Virus record (IMG/VR): IMGVR_UViG_3300037422_000054
Coordinates: 1 to 24,566 of that record
Source of the DNA: a virus
Taxonomy: Duplodnaviria > Caudoviricetes
DNA length: 24,566 nucleotides
Reading direction: 5' to 3' (one strand)
The notes under the pieces were generated by a model, which saw nothing but the letters and a program-made list of their open reading frames with translations, ran no database searches and was not told the DNA's origin. Position 1 is the stretch's first letter. The number at the start of each line of letters is the position of its first letter. Shown here in pieces: positions 1 through 9,449 of the stretch. A program made the position numbers and the translations under genes.

Positions 1-2
1 TT

Positions 3-119
3 GTTTACGCATCTGATAAAGATAAAGCAAGAGAAGCGGTTATAGGTGCATTGAAAAAGGAATACCCCGATGCGATGGTTTATAGTTGCAGGATTGATGA
101 TACGATTATAGGGGCGTAG
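3..119 (+). CDS. 3' end of a hypothetical protein (truncated by window edge)
   Basis: Open frame VYASDKDKAREAVIGALKKEYPDAMVYSCRIDDTIIGA ending in TAG at 117-119. Confidence 0.55.
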   Translation, partial: VYASDKDKAREAVIGALKKEYPDAMVYSCRIDDTIIGA

Positions 120-187
120 GCTTTTTAAAATATTGAACCAAGCCTGTGTTATAAGGCGAAGCGAACCGTTGGCTTTTCTCCAATGGC

Positions 188-284
188 TTATAACGGTTTG
201 CAGATTTGCGTTTGTGTGCCATGCAAAAATGTTTATTTAAAGGCACACCGTTTATTGGCACATAACGCAAATGTGCTGTTATAG
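188..284. repeat. attC-like imperfect inverted repeat (long hairpin)
   Basis: Left arm TATAACGGTTTGCAGATTTGCGTTTGTGTGCCA pairs imperfectly with right arm TGGCACATAACGCAAATGTGCTGTTATA. AAC/GTT termini, bulged bases and a variable central loop. Confidence 0.65.
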
Positions 285-305
285 GATAGTTAAAAAATTG
301 ATACG

Positions 306-479
306 ATGAATAAAGAACAAGACAAAGCATACACCCACGCTAAACACGATTGCGGTGATTTTAGGAACATTATTTACACAAATACCGAACACTACACAAC
401 TGATAGGTGTATGATTTGTGACAGGATAATTAAATTTAGATGGAAGTCATTTTGGAAACGGCTCACTTCAATTTTTTAA
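306..479 (+). CDS. 57-aa hypothetical protein with His/Cys motif (HDC...CMIC), cassette-like ORF
   Basis: ATG at 306 to TAA at 477-479 (MNKEQDKAYTHAKHDCGDF...RCMICDRIIKFRWKSFWKRLTSIF). Bounded by the perfect inverted repeat GTTATAGGA/TCCTATAAC. Not in the ORF track. Confidence 0.6.
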   Translation: MNKEQDKAYTHAKHDCGDFRNIIYTNTEHYTTDRCMICDRIIKFRWKSFWKRLTSIF

Positions 480-529
480 TTTCCTATAACTACTCGCTAA
501 GCGCACATCACTTAAAATAATATTTGATT

Positions 530-817
530 ATGAGTGATTTAAGTATAGACGAAACTGTAACATATCACTACACTTTCGAGTTTGAAAATGTAAAATTAGG
601 TTTCAAAAAGAAACTACTTTTTGATTTGTCAGGAGTAACACCTAAATTAATTAATCAATCTGAAAACAATAATTCATTCGGGTGGTGGGTAAATAGAAAA
701 TGGTTATCGAAAACTAAAGCTGAATCATTGGTTAAAAATGAGCCTATAACTATTGATTTATCAGGGTTGCAATGGTATCAACAGATACAGTTGCAGGAGT
801 GTTTTAATCTTAAATAA
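530..817 (+). CDS. hypothetical protein (ATG 530; track start TTG 524)
   Basis: ~95-aa ORF convergent with the late operon; 3' ends overlap at 810-817. Confidence 0.65.
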   Translation: MSDLSIDETVTYHYTFEFENVKLGFKKKLLFDLSGVTPKLINQSENNNSFGWWVNRKWLSKTKAESLVKNEPITIDLSGLQWYQQIQLQECFNLK

Positions 818-1178
818 CAAACAGCGCAACAACTCCAGCTAAGAGGGAGGAAGTGATTAAAAAAATATTTCTTTGCTTTTTCAACCTACCGATTTTCTTC
901 TCCTGTTTTTCTATCTTCTCATCTTGATGGGAGACTACAACATTGAACCCATTGATAGCTTTCCTTAACGATTCCACTTCAAGCCTACTTAGTGAATCTT
1001 GCTTAACCATTCCGGCTATGATAGCATCTGATAATTGTAGTAATTCACGGCACTCATTACGCTCAATAACCCATTTAGCGGCAATTCTTTTGATTGTATC
1101 ACAATTCTGCGTTTGCCCGAAGGATGGAATCAATGACAGGCATAGGAGCAGAAGGAAGGACTTTATAAATCGTTTCAT
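810..1178 (-). CDS. putative spanin-like lysis protein (signal peptide, coiled coil, C-terminal TM helix)
   Basis: MKRFIKSFLLLLCLSLIPSFG|Q signal, heptad-rich middle, hydrophobic C-terminus IFLITSSLLAGVVALFVI. Last gene of the lysis cluster, overlapping the previous gene by 80 nt. Confidence 0.55.
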   Translation of the reverse strand: MKRFIKSFLLLLCLSLIPSFGQTQNCDTIKRIAAKWVIERNECRELLQLSDAIIAGMVKQDSLSRLEVESLRKAINGFNVVVSHQDEKIEKQEKKIGRLKKQRNIFLITSSLLAGVVALFVI

Positions 1179-1401
1179 ATTTGGTGATAATTTTTGGCTT
1201 TAGTTTTAAAAGGCTATCTGTTTTTGATTTCTCGATATTGTACATATCCCTGTAAAGATTGGCTTCAACGGTGTCTTTTACGATTTCTGTCCTTATTTCG
1301 GTTTTAACGGGTTTTCTTCCCCCGATGACATAACCAATAACAAAAGCCAAGATAATCAAACCTACCCCTATAAGAACAAGTGAGAGGGGTTTAATTTTCA
1401 T
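1099..1401 (-). CDS. putative inner-membrane spanin-like protein (start 1401; track start 1419)
   Basis: N-terminal TM (LSLVLIGVGLIILAFVIGYVIGG) followed by a soluble domain; lies after the holin. Confidence 0.55.
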   Translation of the reverse strand: MKIKPLSLVLIGVGLIILAFVIGYVIGGRKPVKTEIRTEIVKDTVEANLYRDMYNIEKSKTDSLLKLKPKIITKYETIYKVLPSAPMPVIDSILRANAEL

Positions 1402-1642
1402 CTTTTTGTTTATTATCATTCTTCCCCTGTTGCCAAGTGGTGATTCCGAGAAGGGTACAGATTAATCCGGCATCAATCATAAGATAGTCCATAACATTTT
1501 CAGTAGTTACGTAACGATGACAGTATAGATATGCTATTGCAACAGCGAAGACGGTTAGTTTACGTGCCGAAAAACCGTAGTTCTTTTGGTTATCAAACGA
1601 ACCAAGCCACTTGTTCCACAAGTCGGTTATAAATTGCTTCAT
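1391..1642 (-). CDS. putative holin
   Basis: 83 aa, two hydrophobic segments, SARK motif before TM1, charged C-terminus, ATGA overlap with the endolysin. Confidence 0.65.
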   Translation of the reverse strand: MKQFITDLWNKWLGSFDNQKNYGFSARKLTVFAVAIAYLYCHRYVTTENVMDYLMIDAGLICTLLGITTWQQGKNDNKQKDEN

Positions 1643-2073
1643 GGCTTAATAATTTTTATTTCTGAATGTTCTCCTCTCGTCCCTAAGTGTGTCCACGTAG
1701 GGGTGAATGAATGGTCTTCGATTTCACGAACACCTAAGTTATATAATTGTTGTTTGTGTTTGATACACCAATCAAAGAAGTTAGCTGCATCCATACCCAC
1801 AATCTTAACGTCAACGGCTTTTCCTTCTTTGTGTGCTGACCTTTTCGCTCCTGTTGTGGTGTTTGGATTTCTCAATCCCGATTCTTTGTACTGTCCACCC
1901 GTAGCCCATGTGTTAACGATTACACCCTTTTTTAATTCTGTTCTCACATATTCGAGTATGTCAATTAACTTTGGGTCGATTTTCTCAATACCTTTTTCGC
2001 CCATTTCAGAATGAGTTACAGGGTCGATGATTTCATCGAGGTAAAAATGGGGACTGATTTTTATTCTGTTCAT
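1639..2073 (-). CDS. endolysin, peptidase M15 family Zn metallopeptidase
   Basis: SAHKEGKAVD (SxHxxGxAxD) and WTH zinc-ligand motifs; N-terminal ISPHFYLDE; lysis-cluster context. Confidence 0.85.
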   Translation of the reverse strand: MNRIKISPHFYLDEIIDPVTHSEMGEKGIEKIDPKLIDILEYVRTELKKGVIVNTWATGGQYKESGLRNPNTTTGAKRSAHKEGKAVDVKIVGMDAANFFDWCIKHKQQLYNLGVREIEDHSFTPTWTHLGTRGEHSEIKIIKP

Positions 2074-2459
2074 TTCTTCGCTAATTTAATTAATACATCT
2101 TCTCTGAACTTCTGTTGATCGGTAATATAGTGGTCGAATTTTTCAAGAAACTTTGTTAACTGATCTTCAAACTTCATTATTTCACGTACATTATCACCTT
2201 GAAAAGTGTCCATTCTCTTTTCCAAATCCTGTTTTAATTCAGCTATTTTTGCCTTATTCGATGCCCGTGAGGCTGTGAACTTTTCTTCGTGCATCTTTAG
2301 TTTTTCATCATAAGCAATTAGCTTATCGGATATTTTTTCGAGCTTCATTTTAATTGCAAACCAACCACCGACAATAGTAATAAGTAGTCCTGATATGTAT
2401 ATCACGTCCTTCAACGTGAAGGTCGTTTCCATTGCGGAGGTGGTGTCGAGTAAAATCAT
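2070..2459 (-). CDS. single-TM coiled-coil protein (holin/antiholin-like)
   Basis: TM segment VIYISGLLITIVGGWFAI followed by a charged coiled coil; directly upstream of the endolysin. Confidence 0.55.
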   Translation of the reverse strand: MILLDTTSAMETTFTLKDVIYISGLLITIVGGWFAIKMKLEKISDKLIAYDEKLKMHEEKFTASRASNKAKIAELKQDLEKRMDTFQGDNVREIMKFEDQLTKFLEKFDHYITDQQKFREDVLIKLAKK

Positions 2460-2584
2460 TCCTTAGGTTCTTTGAAGTGTTCGTTGGATAATGTTTGAAT
2501 AGCGATTAAATCAGCAACTAACTGATTATGCTGTTCACGCTTTTCAACGGTTTCAGAAAATTCTTCAGTATTTAAAAGTATCAT
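2456..2584 (-). CDS. 42-aa hypothetical protein
   Basis: [42 protein letters not shown]; fills the gap exactly with ATGA overlaps at both ends. Confidence 0.65.
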   Translation of the reverse strand: MILLNTEEFSETVEKREQHNQLVADLIAIQTLSNEHFKEPKE

Positions 2585-3078
2585 TCTCTATTGTCTGTTA
2601 TTGCATTTACTTGCTCTATTGTAGTACATTGATTCACTTGATACTTTAACGCTCCGCCTCCTTCTTCTATGTTTCTCGCTCTATTAAAAGCTGCGTTATA
2701 AAAATCAATAACGGTAGAATCATTTAACTGTTCAATTTGTCCTTCTTTTGATACAACATTAATAGGAAATTCGCTTGATTGAGCAAGTCGTAAGCCTAAC
2801 CATTTACGAGATTCATCAGACGTTAAACCGAATGTTTTATTATCGAAAGTAAACCCAGCATATAATAATGTTTCTGTTTTTTCTTGAATAGCATTTTTCT
2901 TAATAAATTTTGCTTCATCTAAACTTATTACATAGGCTGGTTCATCGCCTTGATAAAACTTTCTTTTCAAATTTGCAACATCAGTTTTTATGCTTGTTAC
3001 ATTTACCAATTCTTCAGCAGTTAATTCTCTTTCTTGAATAACTGAAGCGCCATTTATTGTTATATTTAATTCAATCAT
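2581..3078 (-). CDS. DUF4376-like tail-fibre-associated protein
   Basis: GFTFDNKTF...WLGL...[18 protein letters not shown]-terminal pattern; ATGA-coupled to the tail fibre. Confidence 0.6.
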   Translation of the reverse strand: MIELNITINGASVIQERELTAEELVNVTSIKTDVANLKRKFYQGDEPAYVISLDEAKFIKKNAIQEKTETLLYAGFTFDNKTFGLTSDESRKWLGLRLAQSSEFPINVVSKEGQIEQLNDSTVIDFYNAAFNRARNIEEGGGALKYQVNQCTTIEQVNAITDNRE

Positions 3079-4892
3079 GCTTTATCAATATAAAGTTGTA
3101 TATTATTAATATCAGATGAAGTTCCAACTGTTGTATTTGTTGCTGTCATTATAAAATATTGATCAACCCCAAAATTAATATTTAAAACATCCATTGATGC
3201 ATTTACTTCTAAATCATCGGTTTCTGCACCCGTACTTGTATCAAATGCTTCATTTGATGAAATAGAATTTTTATTTTGCAATCTCCTTCTAAAACCCGCA
3301 TTTCTTTGAGCAACTGTCAAATTTTCAGCGCCCCAAATAGTTGCGCCAGTTAATGAATTATTATTTGGGGATAAATACGCGTGAAAAGTTACTGCTCCGG
3401 CTGCTGCTTTAGAAACTTGTGATTCAAAATATATCTTATCATTTGAACCTAAAGTATTCGCTGGAATTAAAATATTTATTAAAATTGTTTGAGATGTTGT
3501 TCCTGTAAGATTTTGTGTAATATTTTGATAAGCGAACATTTTTGTATATCTCGCATCACTCAATCGCGAATCATTACCAACACAAAAGTTTGCTGCACCT
3601 GCCCCAAATCCACCAAGAGTTGAGATTGCTGTTGCTGCATCTGCATCATCTAACAATGTGCGAATAAATGCAGTTAGTGTTGTTAATGCTGCTGTTCCAG
3701 AACCTGTGAAATATGGTAATTTATCAGCAGCGGAAACTAATCCAGCTAAAGCAGTTAATTCAGCATCTAATGGTTGAAATGATGAAGGGGAAAAAGTAGA
3801 ATTTTTAATTAATTTTCCTGTTGTTCCATCGAATAAAACTATATTTCCATCTGTTGAAGAAACCGGACCAATAACAGCACCATCAATATTCGTTTGAACT
3901 ATTACCCAATTTGCACCAACAGCAGCTTGATCTCCCGATGGACTTCCATCTACTATACAATAACAAGTATCTCCGATTTCAACATTTACTCCCGATACTC
4001 CACCAATTTTTCCAGCAACTGAAATTTTATACGTATGTCCTTTATTTGCCGCTGGATAATTTGGATTTGAACTTGCATCGACAACCCCTTTAAAAACTAA
4101 AGCATCATTTGTTTCAAGTAAATTATCAGCATAAGATTTTACGGCCTTTTGAGAAGGAATTTTCGTATCAGAATTTGAAAACAAAGTCCCGTCAGTATCT
4201 AACTCAATTAAAGTTGTTAAATTCTTACTCGCATCGGTAGTTACTATTCTCGATGCGTTTTCATTAGGTAATCTAACATCGGGGGCATCTAAATTAATCA
4301 ACACATCATCCTTAACATTCGTTTCAGTCGGTGTGGATTGAAAACCTTTTGCTGTGTTATAAGCAAGTGAAGCTTCAACACCCGGCTCTAAATATAAGAA
4401 AGGTGTTAGATACCCTTCAGCATCCGTTGTAAGAACAGCATAAGAACCGCCAATAAATCCTAAGTAAAAATTAGACGTTGTATCTTGCAAAACACCCACA
4501 TTAATCACGTTGTTACTACCCATATCAATATCAGTATTGGCTGTATTTCCAGCCGTAAGAACCTGAGATAAGTCTGGAACAGTTGCAGTAGAAGTAGCCG
4601 GATTCATCAATTCGAATCTGTTATTAGCAGAATCGTATTGAATCAACGCTATAGCATTTGATCCCGGAATATCTCCTGCAACTAAAGCCTGTCCACCCTT
4701 CTTTACAATCGTCTTTGCACCTAATCCGTTGGCGTTAAATGTAGGTGTCGTTGAGGTATTTGCCCCTGTTGCTCTAAAAGCTAATATTCTTTTATCGGTA
4801 TAAGCCGAAAGCGCAGGTGAGTAAGTCGCTGTAATCACATCGACAGTACCACCAGCCACAGCGTTTAGGACTATATTTATCGTTTGTGCCAT
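3075..4892 (-). CDS. tail fibre protein (mosaic)
   Basis: 605 aa, Gly/Ala/Thr-rich. Contains [35 protein letters not shown] and [10 protein letters not shown] motifs, which recur in phage tail fibres. Confidence 0.85.
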   Translation of the reverse strand: MAQTINIVLNAVAGGTVDVITATYSPALSAYTDKRILAFRATGANTSTTPTFNANGLGAKTIVKKGGQALVAGDIPGSNAIALIQYDSANNRFELMNPATSTATVPDLSQVLTAGNTANTDIDMGSNNVINVGVLQDTTSNFYLGFIGGSYAVLTTDAEGYLTPFLYLEPGVEASLAYNTAKGFQSTPTETNVKDDVLINLDAPDVRLPNENASRIVTTDASKNLTTLIELDTDGTLFSNSDTKIPSQKAVKSYADNLLETNDALVFKGVVDASSNPNYPAANKGHTYKISVAGKIGGVSGVNVEIGDTCYCIVDGSPSGDQAAVGANWVIVQTNIDGAVIGPVSSTDGNIVLFDGTTGKLIKNSTFSPSSFQPLDAELTALAGLVSAADKLPYFTGSGTAALTTLTAFIRTLLDDADAATAISTLGGFGAGAANFCVGNDSRLSDARYTKMFAYQNITQNLTGTTSQTILINILIPANTLGSNDKIYFESQVSKAAAGAVTFHAYLSPNNNSLTGATIWGAENLTVAQRNAGFRRRLQNKNSISSNEAFDTSTGAETDDLEVNASMDVLNINFGVDQYFIMTATNTTVGTSSDINNIQLYIDKA

Positions 4893-4893
4893 G

Positions 4894-5712
4894 TTACCAA
4901 GTTAGATTTATTGTGTCATTAGAATCCGAAGTGTCAACCGTTACCGTTCCTACCGATGTGCCGTCAACGAAGACGGTGTAGGTGGCAGAACAACCGCCAG
5001 TACATAATGCAGCAATTAAATCCGTTTGCTGTTGATCGGTTAATCTATCAACGTTTGTTGGGTCAGAAAAATCATATCCGTTTAAGATGCAGTCCTTTTG
5101 TTCTTGCATTAAATAGTTTCTTAAATTTTCACACGTATTAACATCATCGCACTCTTCAACTATACATTCACGTCTTGATGTTATTACGACATTCAAATCA
5201 AGCGAAAACATAACATATTCGTAAGGTAACTCACGATTTATTTCCTGTTTTTCTCCTCGTAAAATTTCAGCCATATTAACCGAACGTGATACCAGTCCGA
5301 TGTTAACCCGTTTAGCTTTTATCGCAGTTGCTAATGTATGCGATTGTAATGATACATATTTCATTACTGTATCTGCTGCAACGTCTGCGGAAAATTCATT
5401 GTCTTCCGAAAGAAATTTTCTTTTTATTACAGCAACTAATTTAAGCGGAATAGAAATGTCATAAAGTTTCGCGCATGAAATACTATTCTGAGCATCGTTT
5501 TCGGCTACTGAAATATTTCCGTTTCTTCTGATGTAACAATGTCCGTGCTTTGAATCAAAATCTAAAACCTGTTTCCATTCTGATTTTCCGCAATATTTTC
5601 TCGGTGCTGTTTTGCCATCAATTCCAACTAATTCAACTAACCCCCATTGCTTTTGAAAATAGCCAGTGAGTGCCAACTGAACATCTATATAATTTATAAT
5701 TTCTTTTATCAT
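4894..5712 (-). CDS. putative tail terminator/neck structural protein
   Basis: 272 aa; position after the head-completion genes; Cys-rich acidic C-terminal extension. Function inferred from synteny only. Confidence 0.45.
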   Translation of the reverse strand: MIKEIINYIDVQLALTGYFQKQWGLVELVGIDGKTAPRKYCGKSEWKQVLDFDSKHGHCYIRRNGNISVAENDAQNSISCAKLYDISIPLKLVAVIKRKFLSEDNEFSADVAADTVMKYVSLQSHTLATAIKAKRVNIGLVSRSVNMAEILRGEKQEINRELPYEYVMFSLDLNVVITSRRECIVEECDDVNTCENLRNYLMQEQKDCILNGYDFSDPTNVDRLTDQQQTDLIAALCTGGCSATYTVFVDGTSVGTVTVDTSDSNDTINLTW

Positions 5713-6281
5713 ACCGTTTGAAATCTATCTAACCATTCGAATAAAAAAACCGTTGCTAAATGTTCTTCTTCATCTTTAGTTAAATTAAATATTTTTTTTC
5801 CGAATCGTTTTTCATTTCCATCAATTTTTTTCTTCGCCTGTGTTGAAACCGAAACAACAAATTCCAATTCGCCAACCTTGTCCGGTTCGCCCGGTTCGGT
5901 TACTGTTTCCGAAAGTGGTTTATTAATTACTTCCGATTGCAGTCGTCCTGTTAATCGTAAATTCACAAATCCCGATTCACGTCCTTGTTGTTCGCGCAAT
6001 TGTTTATAATTTTCGTAGTAAGAAGTTTTAATCGGATTGCCTGTTTTACCCGTATGATTTCCGGCTTTAGGTAAATTAATATCATCAACCCATAATTCAC
6101 GAACAGTATCGTATTGTCCAATTGGAGAATTGTTTGAATCCAATCCTTTCTCGAATATGCGAACAGCCATCATTCCGACAGTATCTTTCACAGCGATAAT
6201 CATAGGCTCTTCCGATTCTTTCAAATCAGAAACCCATCTATCGAGTTTACCTACGAACTGTTCAACGGTTAATTCAGGCAT
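5709..6281 (-). CDS. virion morphogenesis/tail completion (neck) protein
   Basis: RIFEKGLD...VNLRLTGRLQ motif (LxxTGxL) typical of tail-completion/neck proteins; head-tail position. Confidence 0.6.
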   Translation of the reverse strand: MPELTVEQFVGKLDRWVSDLKESEEPMIIAVKDTVGMMAVRIFEKGLDSNNSPIGQYDTVRELWVDDINLPKAGNHTGKTGNPIKTSYYENYKQLREQQGRESGFVNLRLTGRLQSEVINKPLSETVTEPGEPDKVGELEFVVSVSTQAKKKIDGNEKRFGKKIFNLTKDEEEHLATVFLFEWLDRFQTV

Positions 6282-6382
6282 ATTTTTATTTTACCAATGG
6301 TATTTTTAAATAATAATTTTCCGAACTTAAATTCAAACGAATACAAATATTCAAAGGCTTCTATTTTTATATTTTTTTTCAA
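6269..6382 (-). CDS. possible 37-aa ORF (TTG start)
   Basis: MKKNIKIEAFEYLYSFEFKFGKLLFKNTIGKIKICLN; TTGA overlap with the upstream stop; spans the gap. Confidence 0.3.
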   Translation of the reverse strand: MKKNIKIEAFEYLYSFEFKFGKLLFKNTIGKIKICLN

Positions 6383-7392
6383 GGCAATGTAATTTTAGTT
6401 TTTATCCTGTCGTTACATTTGAAACAAATCGGATCTGATGGAATCTGAATCTGTGGTAAGATATTATCCATCGCTTCGCGATATTGCAGTTCAAGAAAAT
6501 CAATTCTCTTCTGCATACGGGCATCATCATTTCCGGCTCTTGAATTAAAACGCATCGTTGCGTCCATTCCGTAGCGTAAAATATCTGCACCAGCTTTATA
6601 AAGAATCGGTAAAGCAACTACATTTCCGATGTCGCATAACCAATTTTCATTATCACACGACAAATTAAAATGAACTGCCATTCCACCTGTTTCGGAAATG
6701 TTTGTAAAATTTTCATCAATCTCATCCGTTGCAAGTGGAATAGATACAGACTGAGCATTTACGTAATTACTTACGCGCATCGTTCCGTATCCACCAGCGC
6801 AATCAAAACAACCTGAATTTGATAAATATGTTTGATAAGAGTTTACTCCTGTTGTATCATATAAGAAAGCCAATTTTAAACGTTTCTGATTCGATGAATA
6901 AGACTTGTTTACATTAGCATAAGATATTTGGTCAGCAACACAAGTTACTGTAATTGTATCGAGTAATTTCCCTTGTGTAACATCATAAATTTCAACGTCT
7001 ATATCGCCCGTAAAATCGGTGTACAGACTTAATTTACTGATGTAGAATTTCGTGTGTGATTGCAAACTGCAAACTTCAAGGATGATTCCTTTTCGGTTTC
7101 CTGTTGTTGCAACTACTGTTTTGTTTTCCTGCTCGTAACCAACACGTCCGTTGGTAAGCATGGTTGTCGCTTCGTATTTTGATAAAAAATTTCTGTTCAC
7201 CGTATCGGCAACAGAACGAGCAGCGAAATTTATTTTAGATTCAACGAATTTTGTCGCTGATAACTGGTCTTTCTCAACATACTTTTCCACTTCTGAAATA
7301 GTGATGTCAATATCGTCTAACCAATAATCTGAATGTGAAACCGGAGTATCACAGGTGTTTTTTATTCCAACTAATCTGCTAAGGCACTCCAT
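6379..7392 (-). CDS. putative head-tail adaptor/head completion protein with beta-rich insertion
   Basis: 337 aa, first gene after the capsid terminator; helical N- and C-terminal parts around a beta-rich middle; 10 Cys. Confidence 0.5.
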   Translation of the reverse strand: MECLSRLVGIKNTCDTPVSHSDYWLDDIDITISEVEKYVEKDQLSATKFVESKINFAARSVADTVNRNFLSKYEATTMLTNGRVGYEQENKTVVATTGNRKGIILEVCSLQSHTKFYISKLSLYTDFTGDIDVEIYDVTQGKLLDTITVTCVADQISYANVNKSYSSNQKRLKLAFLYDTTGVNSYQTYLSNSGCFDCAGGYGTMRVSNYVNAQSVSIPLATDEIDENFTNISETGGMAVHFNLSCDNENWLCDIGNVVALPILYKAGADILRYGMDATMRFNSRAGNDDARMQKRIDFLELQYREAMDNILPQIQIPSDPICFKCNDRIKTKITLP

Positions 7393-7403
7393 AATTTTAT
7401 TTT

Positions 7404-7437
7404 AAAATAAAGCCCCGACCGGTAAAAATCGGGGCTT
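7404..7437 (-). terminator. intrinsic terminator after the major capsid gene
   Basis: Minus strand AAGCCCCGA-N10-TCGGGGCTT followed by TATTTT. Confidence 0.8.
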
Positions 7438-7456
7438 CTGTTTAACATGGAAAATA

Positions 7457-8500
7457 TTAAACGTTAGCTACCTCGATTTGCGCGACATAGTTAACACCTT
7501 CGTATGTATCACCAACCGCGAACATATCGGTAGGTAATGCAATCAACTTCGTTGTTGCAGTTAACACTACGTTTACTGTTCCGCAATTGTCGGACATAAT
7601 CATATCTACTTTCATTCCAGTTGCAGGGTCTGTGATTACTTGTTTGAAGTAATTAGCACCCATGTTGTTTTCACTCCATCCTTCGAAAAGAGAGAAATTC
7701 AACAACTGTAATGCACCACGTTGAATTGCAACAGCATTGTCAGAATCTCCAAGAGCATCCTGAACTTCTCTGTCCCAAATCATAGCGCGGTTGTACGATT
7801 GGTAAATTGCACGTAAATCAACTCCTTGATTTGCGCAGCAACCGGCTTGTACTCTGCGAGTATATTGCCATAGTTTGAACGATCCGAAAACGGCAACTGC
7901 ATCGCAAAAACCTGTTTGCATAAGTGAGCCGTCAATTTCCTCCCATGTGAATGGGTAAACCTCATCAGTTGTACCGTCTTTCAACGTTTTAACCTGAAGT
8001 TTATCGCCAGAAACAGGAGATACATCTGAAGCCCATCCGCCAGTTAATGACGCAAGTGCAGCGGCTTCTTTAGCCCAAATCGCTCTACGCAATACTTCAA
8101 GATGTCTTTCGATTTCTGAAGCAAGGTAAAGAGGATTGTCGCGACAGATACGTATAGTATCTTGAAGGTCAAATGAAAATTTAACTTGACGGTTTACGTT
8201 TGGATCAAGTGTGTATGTGCTGATATTATCGGCACGTTTATCACCACCTGTGCAAGTGGTAACTGGTTTGTTGGATTCAACAACCGAAGTTGCAAGACGT
8301 TGGTTGTAACGAACCTCAACGGTTTTTATTTTTCCGCCACCTGGAAGAATCTCCATTTTAACGGGCTGTGTATTTTCTGCCGATAAAAGGTACTCCAAAA
8401 ATGGTGTGCGTTCTGCCCGTGAATGACAGTTGAGCCAGTTGGCGTCAAGTTCTGCCTGAATGTTAGGGCAAACATTTAAAAGGGATGTCGTTGCTGACAT
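7457..8500 (-). CDS. major capsid protein (probable start ATG 8500; track start TTG 8533)
   Basis: ~347 aa, follows the scaffold, has a structured leader and is followed by a terminator. Synteny-based. Confidence 0.75.
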   Translation of the reverse strand: MSATTSLLNVCPNIQAELDANWLNCHSRAERTPFLEYLLSAENTQPVKMEILPGGGKIKTVEVRYNQRLATSVVESNKPVTTCTGGDKRADNISTYTLDPNVNRQVKFSFDLQDTIRICRDNPLYLASEIERHLEVLRRAIWAKEAAALASLTGGWASDVSPVSGDKLQVKTLKDGTTDEVYPFTWEEIDGSLMQTGFCDAVAVFGSFKLWQYTRRVQAGCCANQGVDLRAIYQSYNRAMIWDREVQDALGDSDNAVAIQRGALQLLNFSLFEGWSENNMGANYFKQVITDPATGMKVDMIMSDNCGTVNVVLTATTKLIALPTDMFAVGDTYEGVNYVAQIEVANV

Positions 8501-8614
8501 AAAATTGTTAGTTATTGGTAAGACATTTATCAATAGGATTTTCCCATTGATTGCGTATGATGCACGTCTGCAAAAACTGGTGTTTTATGCCGCCAGAGGC
8601 AACTGCCTTGTATT

Positions 8615-9448
8615 TTATTTTCGCTGTGAGGCTGGTACTGCTCTCATGTCCTTTACTTCTGTATCGGTTTTGAAAGTCTGTTTATCGCCATTAGCGTTCC
8701 CAAAGGTAAAAGAATTATGTGAATTATTCTTCTGAATCATATTATTTTTTTCAGCTTCAAAAGAAATAACATCAGCCACCCCTAAGAACTCACCGTTCTT
8801 GGCAGGGTTTGGAATACGTCCACCGGATGATTTGTCTTTAATAAAAACTGCATCTGTTTCATCCACATCGAGTTCATATTTTTCGGAAAGTAATGATTCA
8901 AACCCTTTACGTTTTAATTCATCCACCGTTGACGCGAATTTAATCTGAGATAAAGCAGACTTATAAGTATCACCGATTTTATATTGTTTAAGTTTAGTTT
9001 TATATTCCGATTCTGAATTTTTCAATTGGTCTTTCATTGTCTTAACGAGGTTGTCGGTGTCTTTGTGTTTCTCGTTTAGCTTCTCGAATTTCTCTTTCCA
9101 TTCTTTCACCGCTTCGGTTTCTGTCGCTTTTAGTTTCGTTTCGTATTCAGTTTTCACACCGTCAATAGATTTACCCATGTGTTCACCGATATGGTCGATG
9201 ATGTCCTCAATTTTTTTGTTTTCGATGATGTCTTTTTCAAGTGTGATATTTGCGGCTTTTGCCATTCTTTTAATAGCTGTCAATGTGCTTCCTGCAAATT
9301 TACCAGTTATTTTAGTAATGATTTCATCGTCCTTTTCAGCGATAGAACGCTTAATAAAGTCTTTGTTGTATTGTTCTTTAAAGGAATCAATGTCTTTAAA
9401 TTGGTCTTCCTTGTATCCTAAATAGGACACGATGTCTTTTGCTTCCAT
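8615..9448 (-). CDS. capsid scaffolding protein
   Basis: 277 aa, highly charged Lys/Glu coiled coil directly upstream of the capsid gene. Confidence 0.65.
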   Translation of the reverse strand: MEAKDIVSYLGYKEDQFKDIDSFKEQYNKDFIKRSIAEKDDEIITKITGKFAGSTLTAIKRMAKAANITLEKDIIENKKIEDIIDHIGEHMGKSIDGVKTEYETKLKATETEAVKEWKEKFEKLNEKHKDTDNLVKTMKDQLKNSESEYKTKLKQYKIGDTYKSALSQIKFASTVDELKRKGFESLLSEKYELDVDETDAVFIKDKSSGGRIPNPAKNGEFLGVADVISFEAEKNNMIQKNNSHNSFTFGNANGDKQTFKTDTEVKDMRAVPASQRK

Positions 9449-9449
9449 G

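Noticed and set aside
106-330. 74-aa minus-strand ORF in the track
   Set aside because: It runs through the attC-like hairpin, antisense to the plus-strand small ORFs; probably spurious.
148-490. CRISPR array
   Set aside because: The repeats are inverted and irregularly spaced, not direct repeats with uniform spacers.
3075-3560. Diversity-generating retroelement target at the fibre C-terminus
   Set aside because: No template repeat or reverse transcriptase is visible in the window.
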